Assembly: GCA_041653535.1 (NCBI GenBank)
Contig: JBAZFH010000003.1
Coordinates: 2,771-66,770, forward strand
DNA: 64,000 nt
From: Patescibacteria group bacterium
GTDB lineage: Bacteria; Patescibacteriota; Patescibacteriia; JACRDY01
Direction of reading: 5' to 3'
The translations under genes and the position numbers were made by a program. The notes beneath the pieces were generated by a model that made no database searches, was not told the origin of the DNA, and saw only the letters and a program-made list of their open reading frames with translations. Below are positions 16,861 to 26,114 of this stretch, in pieces (the first letter of the stretch is position 1; each line of letters starts with the position of its first letter).

Positions 16861-16889
16861 AAAGACCCGCTAATTAAGCGGGTCTTTTG
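16861..16889. terminator. rho-independent (bidirectional) terminator between ftsZ (+) and the convergent membrane-protein gene (-)
   Basis: aaagacccgcTAATTAAgcgggtcttttg: an 8-bp GC-rich stem, a 7-nt loop, then a T-run. Confidence 0.7.
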
Positions 16890-16901
16890 AAATTGTTACA
16901 A

Positions 16902-19154
16902 TTATCTTTTGAAGTAAAAGATATGAACATTGCCATTATCTATCTCTTGCCAGCTATCGGCTTGAGTCATTATTTCGGAAGTTATTTTGTCAAAATCATT
17001 CCAATATTTATTGATTACAAAATATCCTTGGTTAACCCCAACCGTATCCATTGCTTGAATCATTTTTTTTCTGGTTGGTTCGCCATAAACCATTTCCAGA
17101 TAAATTTTATAAAGTGGTCCGGAAGTAGGAATAGGATAGTAAAATATTTCTCCTTTTGTTGTTTTATAATATTTTTTGAAGCCAAAAATTTTTAAGACCG
17201 CAGCTGATGTTGACTGGTTGGCTAAGACAATATAATTTCCGGTAGTATTTTGTTCCATATAACTAACGGCGAGAATATCTGATCTAGAAGTTGAGTAAAA
17301 ATGGCTGATTTGGTAGGCGTCGCTGTGCGGATAAGACAAATAAAGATTGGCGGTGATTAATAGGGCAAATATGATGCCAAAAAATATTTTGACTAACATC
17401 TTTTGGCGTAAAATTTTATGAGTGAGTTCGTAGAATGAATAAAGCGCTAGTGGAAAAAGGAAATAAAAAGATAAATTGAAAAGTCGCAAAGCATAGTCGT
17501 TTTGTTCATAATTTATTACTGATTGCCAGTCGATAAATATCCTAAGTGAAAAATAATCTGCAAGCAAAAGTAGGAAGAATAACGGGTAAAGATAGTATTT
17601 ACTTTCTTTATTATCATCTTTTTTCTTATTGATCAGGTAGTAGCCGATTGCACCGAAGACGATAGTCAGCCATTTAACATTATCGCCGAAAAAATGGAAA
17701 TAGTCGTCAAGTAGACGAAACTTGTTATCAAAAGAAGGTGCAAGAACGGAGAAAGCATTTTTTATTTCAGTCCAATTAATCTTTTCCAGTGTCAAGTTGT
17801 TAATAATATGAGGTGAGGAAAAGTTTTGAATAAAAAAAGCTCCAGGTAGCGATATTAATGATGCTAAAATGATAAAAATTATAACAACTTTGCGCCAGTA
17901 GTTGTGTTGAAAACGATAGGTGGAAAAAAATAAGATAATAGAAAAAAAGAGAATGGGAATGCCTGTTAGGGGATGAATAGCTACTGTTACAAAAGATAAA
18001 AATAGTAGCAGATAACTAAAGCTGTGGTCGACATTTTTACTAATTAATAGCGAGCTACCGATAATAATAATCAAAGCAAAAAAATTAGCCAATCCTTGTG
18101 GTGTAGTGGCAATAAAATCTGCTAAAGGGAAAAGTAGAATTACTAATGGTAAGAAGTAATATATACTGCGTTGCCTTATTTCTTCATGGTCAGGATCAAT
18201 AACGGTTAGATTTTCTCCTGTGACTTTACGGTAGACCAGGTAGATAAATGTTGGAATAAATGCGGAAAAAAGTAATGGTAGTAAAAAAGCATCTACAACA
18301 GAGGTGGGCAGTTGCAGTAGGCGGGAAAGGTTTACTACAAGTGAATATTGACCAATGTAATAAACCGTCTTTGGCAAAATAATTCCGGTGACGCTGATAA
18401 CTTTCTCTGCCGCTTGATGAATAAAAGGATCAAAGCCGTAACCAATTTGATAAATAAATAAAGCCAATCCTACAGTTAAAAAGGCATGGGAGCGAACAAG
18501 CATTAGATTTAGCCCTCTTTGTTTTTTTGTTGTAGTTATTATAATCAGGACTAGGGTGCAAAGGAAGTAGCCAGCTAAAAATTTTAGCGGGAGTACTTGC
18601 CAGAGACTATTAATAGCCTGATCGGTGATGTTGAGATAAACGATTAACCAACAGTAAATCATCAGTCCGGTATAAGTGGTTAAGAGTAGGCAATAGACTG
18701 AAAATTTTTTTAATTCGGTTTTTCTTTCTAAAGAAAAACGCCAGAGAAACCCTTTAATTTTTAGAGAGTATTTTGCGGCTTCTCTTAGCCAGACAGCTAT
18801 TGCTGGGATCGGTAGTTTGTTGGTTTGTTGAGATATCGCTTTTTGGATGGCATTAATTATAAGAGGGATGATAAATAGAATAATGGCAGTTATTTGGTTT
18901 GTTAGTTTGTACGGGTAGTATGCTGCCGTTCCTAGTAGGGAAATAACTGCTAAAATCAGAAAAGAACCAACTAACAGTTGTATTGCTAGCTGTTCTCTTT
19001 TAAAAAACGCCTTGCCTAATAGATAACCGTTCCAGAATAAATAGGTGAAGCCAAAGATTATGCCAATCGTTAGAGATTTCCAGGTTAATATGTTAGCAAT
19101 GACGATTAACGAGATAAAAGTGGATGTGAAAAGCATAGTGTTTTTATTGTACAT
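16902..19154 (-). CDS. large polytopic membrane protein with C-terminal extracytoplasmic domain (YfhO/GT-C-like, putative lipid-linked glycosyl transferase)
   Basis: The protein has at least 14 predicted TM helices and a ~170-aa hydrophilic C-terminal domain. The track's start at 19208 is a TTG that would overlap the divergent gene, so I place the start at an internal ATG (MYNKNTMLF...); the exact start is uncertain. Confidence 0.5.
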   Translation of the reverse strand: MYNKNTMLFTSTFISLIVIANILTWKSLTIGIIFGFTYLFWNGYLLGKAFFKREQLAIQLLVGSFLILAVISLLGTAAYYPYKLTNQITAIILFIIPLIINAIQKAISQQTNKLPIPAIAVWLREAAKYSLKIKGFLWRFSLERKTELKKFSVYCLLLTTYTGLMIYCWLIVYLNITDQAINSLWQVLPLKFLAGYFLCTLVLIIITTTKKQRGLNLMLVRSHAFLTVGLALFIYQIGYGFDPFIHQAAEKVISVTGIILPKTVYYIGQYSLVVNLSRLLQLPTSVVDAFLLPLLFSAFIPTFIYLVYRKVTGENLTVIDPDHEEIRQRSIYYFLPLVILLFPLADFIATTPQGLANFFALIIIIGSSLLISKNVDHSFSYLLLFLSFVTVAIHPLTGIPILFFSIILFFSTYRFQHNYWRKVVIIFIILASLISLPGAFFIQNFSSPHIINNLTLEKINWTEIKNAFSVLAPSFDNKFRLLDDYFHFFGDNVKWLTIVFGAIGYYLINKKKDDNKESKYYLYPLFFLLLLADYFSLRIFIDWQSVINYEQNDYALRLFNLSFYFLFPLALYSFYELTHKILRQKMLVKIFFGIIFALLITANLYLSYPHSDAYQISHFYSTSRSDILAVSYMEQNTTGNYIVLANQSTSAAVLKIFGFKKYYKTTKGEIFYYPIPTSGPLYKIYLEMVYGEPTRKKMIQAMDTVGVNQGYFVINKYWNDFDKITSEIMTQADSWQEIDNGNVHIFYFKR

Positions 19155-19184
19155 TTTTTGGCTTAATTTTGCTATAATTATAGC

Positions 19185-20828
19185 ATGAAAAAAATCCACA
19201 GTCACCAAATAATTTTGCTAATTTTGGGCATATTTTTTTTGCTGGTGTATAGCTGTGTTTCATTTTTTACGCCGGAGCGTTTTAATTCGCCCGATGAAGC
19301 GGCTAATTTTTACTGGTCAGAGAGAGTCGCCTTCGGCAATCGTTTGGCAAGTTTGGTTTTAGAGAATAGGGAGACCGGTAATGCAGTGCATTTACGTAGC
19401 GACAATGTTAATAATACAGGAGAGGTTGTTCCCGGTGGTTTTTTGGGTTTGCCGCTAGTTTATGGTTTTTTGGGCAAAGTATTCACACCAACGGCAATAA
19501 AATTTTTTACTTCAATATTTGCCGTAGCAGCCGTTTGGTGTTTTTATGGTTTAGTGAAAAAAATATTTAGCAGTAGTCGTGTCGCGATAATTTCCAGCAT
19601 TTTACTATTTGTAAATCCGGTTTGGTGGTATTACGCTAGCCGAGGGTTATTGCCGAACGTTTTGTTTGTTAGTTTATTATTGATTAGTGCTTGGTTGGTT
19701 TTTTGTTGCAGTAAAAATATTTATTGGCGTTACGTTTTGGGCGGATTATTCTTTGGATTGGCGCTGGCTGCTAGAACGGCCGAAATTTTTTGGTTGGCAA
19801 CAATTATCTTGGCACTTGCTGTCGTTTATCGTAAGCAGATAAATGGGCTAGCTATGATTTTATTTTTAGTTTTTACCGCCGCGCCGCTTTTGGTAGTTTT
19901 GTTTATTAATAAAGATATCTATGGCGGGTATTTTGTTACCGGGTATTCCTCTCTTGCTGCTCCCGTGGACACTACTGCTTTTATTACCGGAAACAGTATT
20001 AGTGTTTTACCATTTGGTTTTCATCCACGAACCGCTCTGATCAATTGGTGGAACTATCAAGTGCAAATGCTCTGGTGGTATTTTATTCCCATGATAGTTG
20101 GTTTGGTTTTTTCGGTACGTGATTTAGTCCGTCAGTATGATGTTAAAAAATGGTTTTATCTGATTATTTTTGTTGTTCTAAGCGATTGGTTGACTGTTTA
20201 TTATGGCAGCTGGGCAATAAAAGACAATATTTCCGGGCATTATACTATTGGTACTTCTTATTTGCGTTACTGGTTACCGATTGTTGTTTTTGCCGTGCCG
20301 TTTGTTGCTTATGCTATCAATTATTTACTAGATTGGTTAAAACAAAAGTGGTCGAAAATTTTAGTCGGGATATTATTTTTTGGAATCATAGTTTCTTTGT
20401 CAGCTCAACTTGTTTTAACTTCAGAAGAAGGCCTGATATCGGTAGTGCAAAATATTAATCAGTATCAGAAAACAAATTTGGCAGCGCAGCAGCAATTTTC
20501 GTCCAGAGACAAGGTTTTAATTGTCAGCGATCGCAGCGACAAGGTTTTTTGGCCGGAGTTTAAAGTAGTGAAATTTATGGGCGATTTTGGTGTTTTCGAG
20601 CGTCTTAGCAGCGTCGTTAGTTCTAATGACGTTTATTACTATTCGCACAACAACTTAACGGCAGAAAATCTGCAGTATTTAAATGATAATATTAAGCAAT
20701 TGGGCTTAGTGCTCGAAAGGCAAGGGACGCTAAATGGTGGGGATGAGCTGTATAAGCTGAAAGTTTCCGCCCAAGGCGGATCCCTGCCTACTGGACAGGC
20801 AGGCGCCTCTGGCGGAATAAAGTTATAA
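19185..20828 (+). CDS. GT-C family membrane glycosyltransferase (ArnT/PMT-like, lipid-phosphate-sugar dependent)
   Basis: Multi-TM protein; the first extracytoplasmic loop carries the conserved DE motif (FNSPDEAANFYW) typical of the GT39/GT83 families. TATAAT sits 6-7 nt upstream of the ATG. Confidence 0.6.
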   Translation: MKKIHSHQIILLILGIFFLLVYSCVSFFTPERFNSPDEAANFYWSERVAFGNRLASLVLENRETGNAVHLRSDNVNNTGEVVPGGFLGLPLVYGFLGKVFTPTAIKFFTSIFAVAAVWCFYGLVKKIFSSSRVAIISSILLFVNPVWWYYASRGLLPNVLFVSLLLISAWLVFCCSKNIYWRYVLGGLFFGLALAARTAEIFWLATIILALAVVYRKQINGLAMILFLVFTAAPLLVVLFINKDIYGGYFVTGYSSLAAPVDTTAFITGNSISVLPFGFHPRTALINWWNYQVQMLWWYFIPMIVGLVFSVRDLVRQYDVKKWFYLIIFVVLSDWLTVYYGSWAIKDNISGHYTIGTSYLRYWLPIVVFAVPFVAYAINYLLDWLKQKWSKILVGILFFGIIVSLSAQLVLTSEEGLISVVQNINQYQKTNLAAQQQFSSRDKVLIVSDRSDKVFWPEFKVVKFMGDFGVFERLSSVVSSNDVYYYSHNNLTAENLQYLNDNIKQLGLVLERQGTLNGGDELYKLKVSAQGGSLPTGQAGASGGIKL

Positions 20829-20844
20829 AATTAAAAGCCATATT

Positions 20845-21429
20845 ATGCCACGTTGGTACAAAGTGTTTAAAATTATATTGATACTGGTTCCGGTCATATT
20901 TTTTATTTTTTTGGTTTGCCAGGATTTGGTGGTAAGCGGCAGGCTTGAAGCTGCTTATAATTTTTCAGAGCCATCTCCTTTTGTTATGCCATTAGCGCCA
21001 AAGGCGAGAATAAGCGAGGTTAAAAAAGAGTCTAGCGACTACTATCAAACTATGTTTGACGATCCGATTTATTTTGATGTTAGGCTGCCACGCAAATTTT
21101 CCACAATCACTTTTTGGGCTAAGTTTCGACCGACAGCCGGACAAACTGTTCGTCTGGCTGCTTTTAACAACAAAGACCAGTGGAATTTTGAAGCCAAAGA
21201 TTTTTTTCAAGTAGAAGACCTGGGCGACGGTTGGTATTTGGGTAGCGTTGATTTCGACATGTCGGCTAAGAGGTTTGCCTTTCAAAAATATCAGTTTATG
21301 GTTTCTTTACCAGGGATAAGAGGGAGCGGTCGAACGGTTGATATCAGCGAGATAAAAATGCTATCCCAAAGGGAGCCGATGACATTGGGTATCTTTTGGC
21401 AAAAATTAAAAGCAAAGATTTTTAACTAA
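20845..21429 (+). CDS. membrane-anchored hypothetical protein (N-terminal TM, extracytoplasmic domain)
   Basis: ORF of 194 aa beginning with the hydrophobic anchor IILILVPVIFFIFLV; there is no recognisable catalytic motif. Confidence 0.45.
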   Translation: MPRWYKVFKIILILVPVIFFIFLVCQDLVVSGRLEAAYNFSEPSPFVMPLAPKARISEVKKESSDYYQTMFDDPIYFDVRLPRKFSTITFWAKFRPTAGQTVRLAAFNNKDQWNFEAKDFFQVEDLGDGWYLGSVDFDMSAKRFAFQKYQFMVSLPGIRGSGRTVDISEIKMLSQREPMTLGIFWQKLKAKIFN

Positions 21430-21434
21430 GGGAT

Positions 21435-21617
21435 ATGAAAGTGACGTTTTTAAAAATTTTGTATGACGTCTTCTCTGTCAGCGCCGTGTCTTGGGCTGTT
21501 TGTGTCGTCAGTGAAACAATTAAACCGGGTTTTGTGACTAATTATTTAGACATGAATATTTTTTTGCTTTGGACGGTAATTATTGGTATTATTTATACGT
21601 TGATGAATAAAAATTGA
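21435..21617 (+). CDS. small two-TM membrane protein (hypothetical)
   Basis: 60-aa ORF with two hydrophobic segments, tightly packed between its neighbours. Confidence 0.3.
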   Translation: MKVTFLKILYDVFSVSAVSWAVCVVSETIKPGFVTNYLDMNIFLLWTVIIGIIYTLMNKN

Positions 21618-21618
21618 T

Positions 21619-21966
21619 ATGAAAATAGCTATTTGCGGCAGCATGGTTTTTGCGACTAAAATGATGGAGGTAAGAGATTTTTTAACTACAGCGGGACAAG
21701 AAGTGGTCTTGCCGGCTAACGTTGATAAGTATGCCAACAACGAAATGACAGTGGAAAACAAATGGGAAAAACTAGAACTGGACGTGATTAAAAGATATTA
21801 TAATGAGATTAGACAAGCAGATGCGATTTTAGTGGTTAATGAAAGTAAAAATGGAACCGAAAATTATGTTGGTGGAAACAGTTTAATTGAAATGGCGTTC
21901 GCCCATGTTTTGGATAAAAAAAATTTTTTTACTCAATTCGATTCCTATTGGGATGAGTTATGCTGA
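21619..21966 (+). CDS. hypothetical protein (possible nucleoside 2-deoxyribosyltransferase-like Rossmann fold)
   Basis: MKIAICGSM...AILVVNES...GGNSLIEMAFA matches this fold only weakly. Confidence 0.4.
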   Translation: MKIAICGSMVFATKMMEVRDFLTTAGQEVVLPANVDKYANNEMTVENKWEKLELDVIKRYYNEIRQADAILVVNESKNGTENYVGGNSLIEMAFAHVLDKKNFFTQFDSYWDELC

Positions 21967-22020
21967 CGAGATAGAAGCGATGAAGCCCGTTATTTTAAAC
22001 GGCGATCTAACAAAAATAGT

Positions 22021-22060
22021 CTAGTCGCTAGCTGCTAGCCACTAGTTCCTAGTTACTAAT
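22021..22060 (+). repeat. 7-bp periodic CTAG direct-repeat array (CTAGnnn x5 + CTAAtca) immediately upstream of the rmlC start
   Basis: The sequence is ctagtcg ctagctg ctagcca ctagttc ctagtta ctaatca; CTAG tetramers are otherwise sparse in the window. Confidence 0.6.
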
Positions 22061-22064
22061 CAAT

Positions 22065-22514
22065 ATGATTGACGGAGTAGTAATAAAAAAAATAACTCGC
22101 TATAATGATAATAGAGGATGGCTTGGTGAGATTTATCGTTCTGATGAATTTGATTTCAAACCAGCTATGTCCTATATCTCTGTGACCAATCCCGGTGTTG
22201 TTCGTGGTCCACACGAACACCGAGCCCAAGCAGATCTTTTCGTCTTTGTTGGACCGGGGTCGTTTCGTTTGCACTTATGGGATAATAGAAAAGATAGCCA
22301 AACCTATGGCGAAAAGTATGAAGAGGAGTTTGGCGAAAATAATCCAGCGGCAGTGATAGTTCCGGCTGGTGTAGTACATGGTTATAAGTGTTCATCTGCA
22401 ATTGCTGGTTGGGTGATAAATATGCCAGATAAATTATATAAAGGTGAAGGTAAAAAGGAAGATATAGACGAAATTCGTTGGGAACAAGATGTTAATTCTC
22501 CTTTTAAAATTTAA
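22065..22514 (+). CDS. rmlC: dTDP-4-dehydrorhamnose 3,5-epimerase-like cupin (RmlC family, short form)
   Basis: NDNRGWLGEIYR matches the RmlC N-terminal (D)ERG(F)F(xE) signature. VVRGPHEHR corresponds to RGLH(F/Q), and IVPAGVVHGY corresponds to iPxGfAHGF. Confidence 0.7.
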   Translation: MIDGVVIKKITRYNDNRGWLGEIYRSDEFDFKPAMSYISVTNPGVVRGPHEHRAQADLFVFVGPGSFRLHLWDNRKDSQTYGEKYEEEFGENNPAAVIVPAGVVHGYKCSSAIAGWVINMPDKLYKGEGKKEDIDEIRWEQDVNSPFKI

Positions 22515-22529
22515 TATAGCTAATACTAT

Positions 22530-23105
22530 ATGGAACTCTTCAAACCAAAACTTCAGCCGCATGACAAGATAATGAAATATACGGTCTTGCTTTTGATTCC
22601 AAAATTTTTGCGTCCGAACCATTTTACTTATTTACGTTTTGTTTTTACGCCGCTTGTTATTTATTTTATTTTAGTTTCTGACTATCGGGCAGCTTTAGTT
22701 TCTTTTTTGTTGGTTGCTTTTACCGATGCGATCGATGGATCACTGGCTAGAACCAGGGATCAAATCACTGAGAGAGGAACGGTTTTAGATCCGATAGCGG
22801 ACAAAATATTAATCAGTTCAACAATTTTTGTTTTAATGCTTAAACATATAAATGTTTTTATTTCTCTAGCAATTATAATCCTGGAATCATTGTTTTTGGT
22901 TGGCTGGTATCTTCGTCATAAGTACGGCAAAAAAGAAAAAGTAAATGTTTGGGGCAAAATAAAGATGATTTTGCAGGTGGCGGGAGTGGCGATTTTACTT
23001 TTGGGATTATGCACGGGAAATCCGATGATGTTTTACTATTCTCAGACTACTTTGATTTTTGCTATTATTTTTGCCTTAATCAGTTTATTTAGTTACGGCA
23101 TATAG
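22530..23105 (+). CDS. CDP-alcohol phosphatidyltransferase family protein
   Basis: The family signature Dx2DGx2ARx8Gx3Dx3D is present (DAIDGSLARTRDQITERGTVLDPIADK) in a multi-TM protein. Confidence 0.8.
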   Translation: MELFKPKLQPHDKIMKYTVLLLIPKFLRPNHFTYLRFVFTPLVIYFILVSDYRAALVSFLLVAFTDAIDGSLARTRDQITERGTVLDPIADKILISSTIFVLMLKHINVFISLAIIILESLFLVGWYLRHKYGKKEKVNVWGKIKMILQVAGVAILLLGLCTGNPMMFYYSQTTLIFAIIFALISLFSYGI

Positions 23106-23109
23106 CTTT

Positions 23110-24171
23110 ATGGCTAGAATTTTGTACTCAGTCCAAGGTGTTGGCATGGGGCATGCGATGCGTAGTTTGGTGGTAATAGAGCATCTGTGTTCCGAAGGGC
23201 ATGAAGTAATTATCACCGCCAACCACAAAGCTTATGATTTTTTCAAAACTCGCTATCCGCGAGTTTATGAGTTAAAAGGATTTGATTTTGTTTTGGATAA
23301 AAACGGAATGATGCTTTGGATACCAACATTTTTGCGATGGGTGGAAAAAATGCCGGTTTATTTTTTGCAGAATACCAGGAGGTTACGAAAAATCATCAAT
23401 GAGTTTAAGCCGCAAATAGTAGTCACCGACTTCGAACCTTTTGCGCACTATATTGCTAATATTTATCGCTTGCCGCTTGTTAGTATAGACAACCAACAGC
23501 GGATAATTTTTTGCCCACTCAAATTATCAAAAGGCTATCGTGACGAAATTTTTCGTGCCAAAGCTGCGATTAAATCTTTTATCGTGAAAGCCGATTATTA
23601 TATTATTTTGGATTTTGCCGGTTGCAAGTTAAAAAAAGAAAAAAATAATGTTTTTTTGACACCACCGATTTTACGCAAAGAGATAGTACGCGCCCAGCCG
23701 ACCGATGGGAATAAAATTTTGGTTTACATGTGGGAGCGTTACGCCGATCGGGCGATACAGGTATTAAATAAAATACCAGAGCACAATTTTATTTTATATG
23801 GTTTAAATCGTGAAGGCAAAGAGGGGAATGTGGAACTGCGTTTATTTTCTACGGAAAATATGGTAAAAGACTTGGCGGCTTGTCACGCGATAATTGGCAA
23901 CGCTGGCTTTACTTTGGTTAGCGAAGCGATGTTTTTACAAAAACCGTTTCTGGTTGTGCCGATGGCTGGTCAGTTTGAGCAGATAGTTAATGCCCTGGAG
24001 ATTAAAGAAAAAAACTACGGTCTGACTGTTGATGAGCTGACGGTCGAAAACGTTAGAGAATTTTTGTCACGGCTACCGGAGTTTAAAAAATCATTACAAG
24101 GTAAAGATTTTTGTGGTAACGAAAAAGTTTTTACAATCTTAGACAAAATAATAAAAGATAATAGTAGATAA
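23110..24171 (+). CDS. GT-B glycosyltransferase (GT28 / MurG- or MGDG-synthase-like)
   Basis: The N-terminal G-loop (ILYSVQGVGMGHAMRS) and a C-terminal GNAGF...E region are typical of GT28-type enzymes. Confidence 0.6.
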   Translation: MARILYSVQGVGMGHAMRSLVVIEHLCSEGHEVIITANHKAYDFFKTRYPRVYELKGFDFVLDKNGMMLWIPTFLRWVEKMPVYFLQNTRRLRKIINEFKPQIVVTDFEPFAHYIANIYRLPLVSIDNQQRIIFCPLKLSKGYRDEIFRAKAAIKSFIVKADYYIILDFAGCKLKKEKNNVFLTPPILRKEIVRAQPTDGNKILVYMWERYADRAIQVLNKIPEHNFILYGLNREGKEGNVELRLFSTENMVKDLAACHAIIGNAGFTLVSEAMFLQKPFLVVPMAGQFEQIVNALEIKEKNYGLTVDELTVENVREFLSRLPEFKKSLQGKDFCGNEKVFTILDKIIKDNSR

Positions 24172-24172
24172 T

Positions 24173-25183
24173 ATGAAACTATTTATTACCGGCGGCGCTG
24201 GGTTTATCGGCTCCAATTTTATTCTCTATTGGGCTAAGAAATACCCCAAAGACAAGATCGTTAATTTTGATAAATTAACTTATGCCGGCAATTTGGAAAA
24301 CCTAAAAACGGTTGAAAAAAATAAAAATTATAAATTTATCAAAGGCGACATCACTGACCCGGTGGCGGTAAACAAGGCTATGGCCGGCGCTGATATCGTA
24401 GTGCATTTTGCTGCCGAAACTCACGTTGACCGATCAATACTTGGTCCAGCAGTTTTTGTTACGACCAATGTTATCGGTACTCAAGTGTTACTCGATGCCG
24501 CTCTCAAACACAAAATAAAAAGATTTCACCATGTTTCTACCGATGAAGTGTTTGGTGCGCTAAAGCTTGGCAGTAAAGAAAAGTTTAGTGAAAAAACGCC
24601 TTACAACCCGCATAGTCCTTATTCTGCGGCTAAGGCTGCGTCAGATCATCTGGTTCGCGCTTACGCCGATACTTTTGGTTTGCCGATTACTATTTCCAAT
24701 TGTGCCAATAATTACGGCCCCTATATGTTTCCGGAAAAGCTGATTTCTCTAGCCATTACTAATTTAATGGAAGGAAAACCGGTGCCGGTTTACGGTGATG
24801 GTAAATATGTTCGTGACTGGCTATATGTCGAAGATCATTGTCGGGCGATTGATTTGATTTTGAAAAAAGGCAAAGTAGGGCAAACTTATTGTATTGGCGG
24901 TATGACCCAAGACGTGAATAATTTGGAACTAATAAAAAAATTATTAAAGATTTTGGGTAAAGACGAAAGCAGTATTGTTTTTGTCAAAGACCGTCCTGGT
25001 CACGATCGTCGCTATGCTATTGATTGGTCAAAAGCTAAAAAGGAGTTAGGCTACAAACCACGGTATGATTTTAATACTTGCCTGAAGAAAACTGTTGACT
25101 GGTATGTAAAAAACGAAAAATGGTGGCGGCGAGTTAAATCAGGCGAGTATCAGAAGTATTATAAAAAGCAGTATGGAAAGTAG
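24173..25183 (+). CDS. rmlB: dTDP-glucose 4,6-dehydratase
   Basis: The NAD-binding motif TGGAGFIGSNF, the catalytic YSAAKAASD (YxxxK) and an extended short-chain dehydrogenase fold are present; size is 336 aa. Confidence 0.9.
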   Translation: MKLFITGGAGFIGSNFILYWAKKYPKDKIVNFDKLTYAGNLENLKTVEKNKNYKFIKGDITDPVAVNKAMAGADIVVHFAAETHVDRSILGPAVFVTTNVIGTQVLLDAALKHKIKRFHHVSTDEVFGALKLGSKEKFSEKTPYNPHSPYSAAKAASDHLVRAYADTFGLPITISNCANNYGPYMFPEKLISLAITNLMEGKPVPVYGDGKYVRDWLYVEDHCRAIDLILKKGKVGQTYCIGGMTQDVNNLELIKKLLKILGKDESSIVFVKDRPGHDRRYAIDWSKAKKELGYKPRYDFNTCLKKTVDWYVKNEKWWRRVKSGEYQKYYKKQYGK

Positions 25184-25189
25184 TTTGTT

Positions 25190-26050
25190 ATGAAAATATT
25201 AGTCATCCACAATTCGGTCGCTGGCAAAAAAAGAAAAGTCGTGCGCACTGCCCGACGGATTTTGCAAAATTTTGATTATGATTGGGTGGAGACGAATAAA
25301 AATGGGGACTATCTGGAAAAAATTGACGGCAAAATTTACAATCGAGTAGTTGTTTTTGGCGGTGACGGCACGGTGCACCAAACGGTAAACTGGATTTTGA
25401 AAAATAACTACGATTTGGTTTTGGGCGTGGTGCCGGTGGGTAGCGCCAATCTACTCGCTAAAAGTTTTAAAATTCCAAGTAACGTCGGACTAGCTCTTGA
25501 TCTAGCCTTAACCGGGGAGACAGAAACGATTGATGTCGGGCTGATAAATAAAGAAAAGTATTTTATAATTGCCGCCGGTCTGGGGTATGACGCTTGGGTA
25601 ATAAAAAATACCAAGCGTGCCTGGAAAAGATTATTTGGTTTTTTTGCCTATACTATTTCCGCTTGGCATGGTTTGTTTCATTTACGGGAAACTAATTTTT
25701 CGTTTACTATCGACGGTCAGCGCGTACAACATCATGCTAAAACTGTTTTTATTATGAACTTTGGCAAGTTTCTTGGTTTTGAACTTGGTCCGGATATCTC
25801 TTACAACGATGGTTGTTTTTCATTAGCCGTAGTGCGACCGGTTAAGCCAATAGATTACGTTCGAATGCTTGGGCGGCTAATCGGCAGAAAATTTAATTGG
25901 GAAAAACGGTTGGATTATTATAAATTTAAAAGATTGCAAATAAATTATGATAAAAATATTTTGTTGCAGGTTGACGGTGAGGGTTGGCAAGCGGGAAGTC
26001 CGATTGAGATTGAAGTGGCGAAGCAGAAATTGAAAGTGGTAACGAGATAA
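25190..26050 (+). CDS. diacylglycerol-kinase-catalytic-domain lipid kinase (DagK/YegS-like)
   Basis: The GGDGT motif is present (VVVFGGDGTVHQTVN) with a downstream conserved G-rich region. Confidence 0.75.
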   Translation: MKILVIHNSVAGKKRKVVRTARRILQNFDYDWVETNKNGDYLEKIDGKIYNRVVVFGGDGTVHQTVNWILKNNYDLVLGVVPVGSANLLAKSFKIPSNVGLALDLALTGETETIDVGLINKEKYFIIAAGLGYDAWVIKNTKRAWKRLFGFFAYTISAWHGLFHLRETNFSFTIDGQRVQHHAKTVFIMNFGKFLGFELGPDISYNDGCFSLAVVRPVKPIDYVRMLGRLIGRKFNWEKRLDYYKFKRLQINYDKNILLQVDGEGWQAGSPIEIEVAKQKLKVVTR

Positions 26051-26114
26051 TGCTAGTGTGCCAATAGTATATAGAAAAAAAACGATTAATTTAATTTATT
26101 TAAAAATAGCATCT

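Noticed and set aside
19155-19208. Track start of the 768-aa minus-strand membrane protein at 19208, which would overlap the first 8 codons of the divergent GT-C gene
   Set aside because: The codon at 19206-19208 is a TTG (alternative start rendered as M), and using it would put two start regions on top of each other. Internal ATGs (M19/M25) give a normal divergent arrangement. The exact start remains uncertain.
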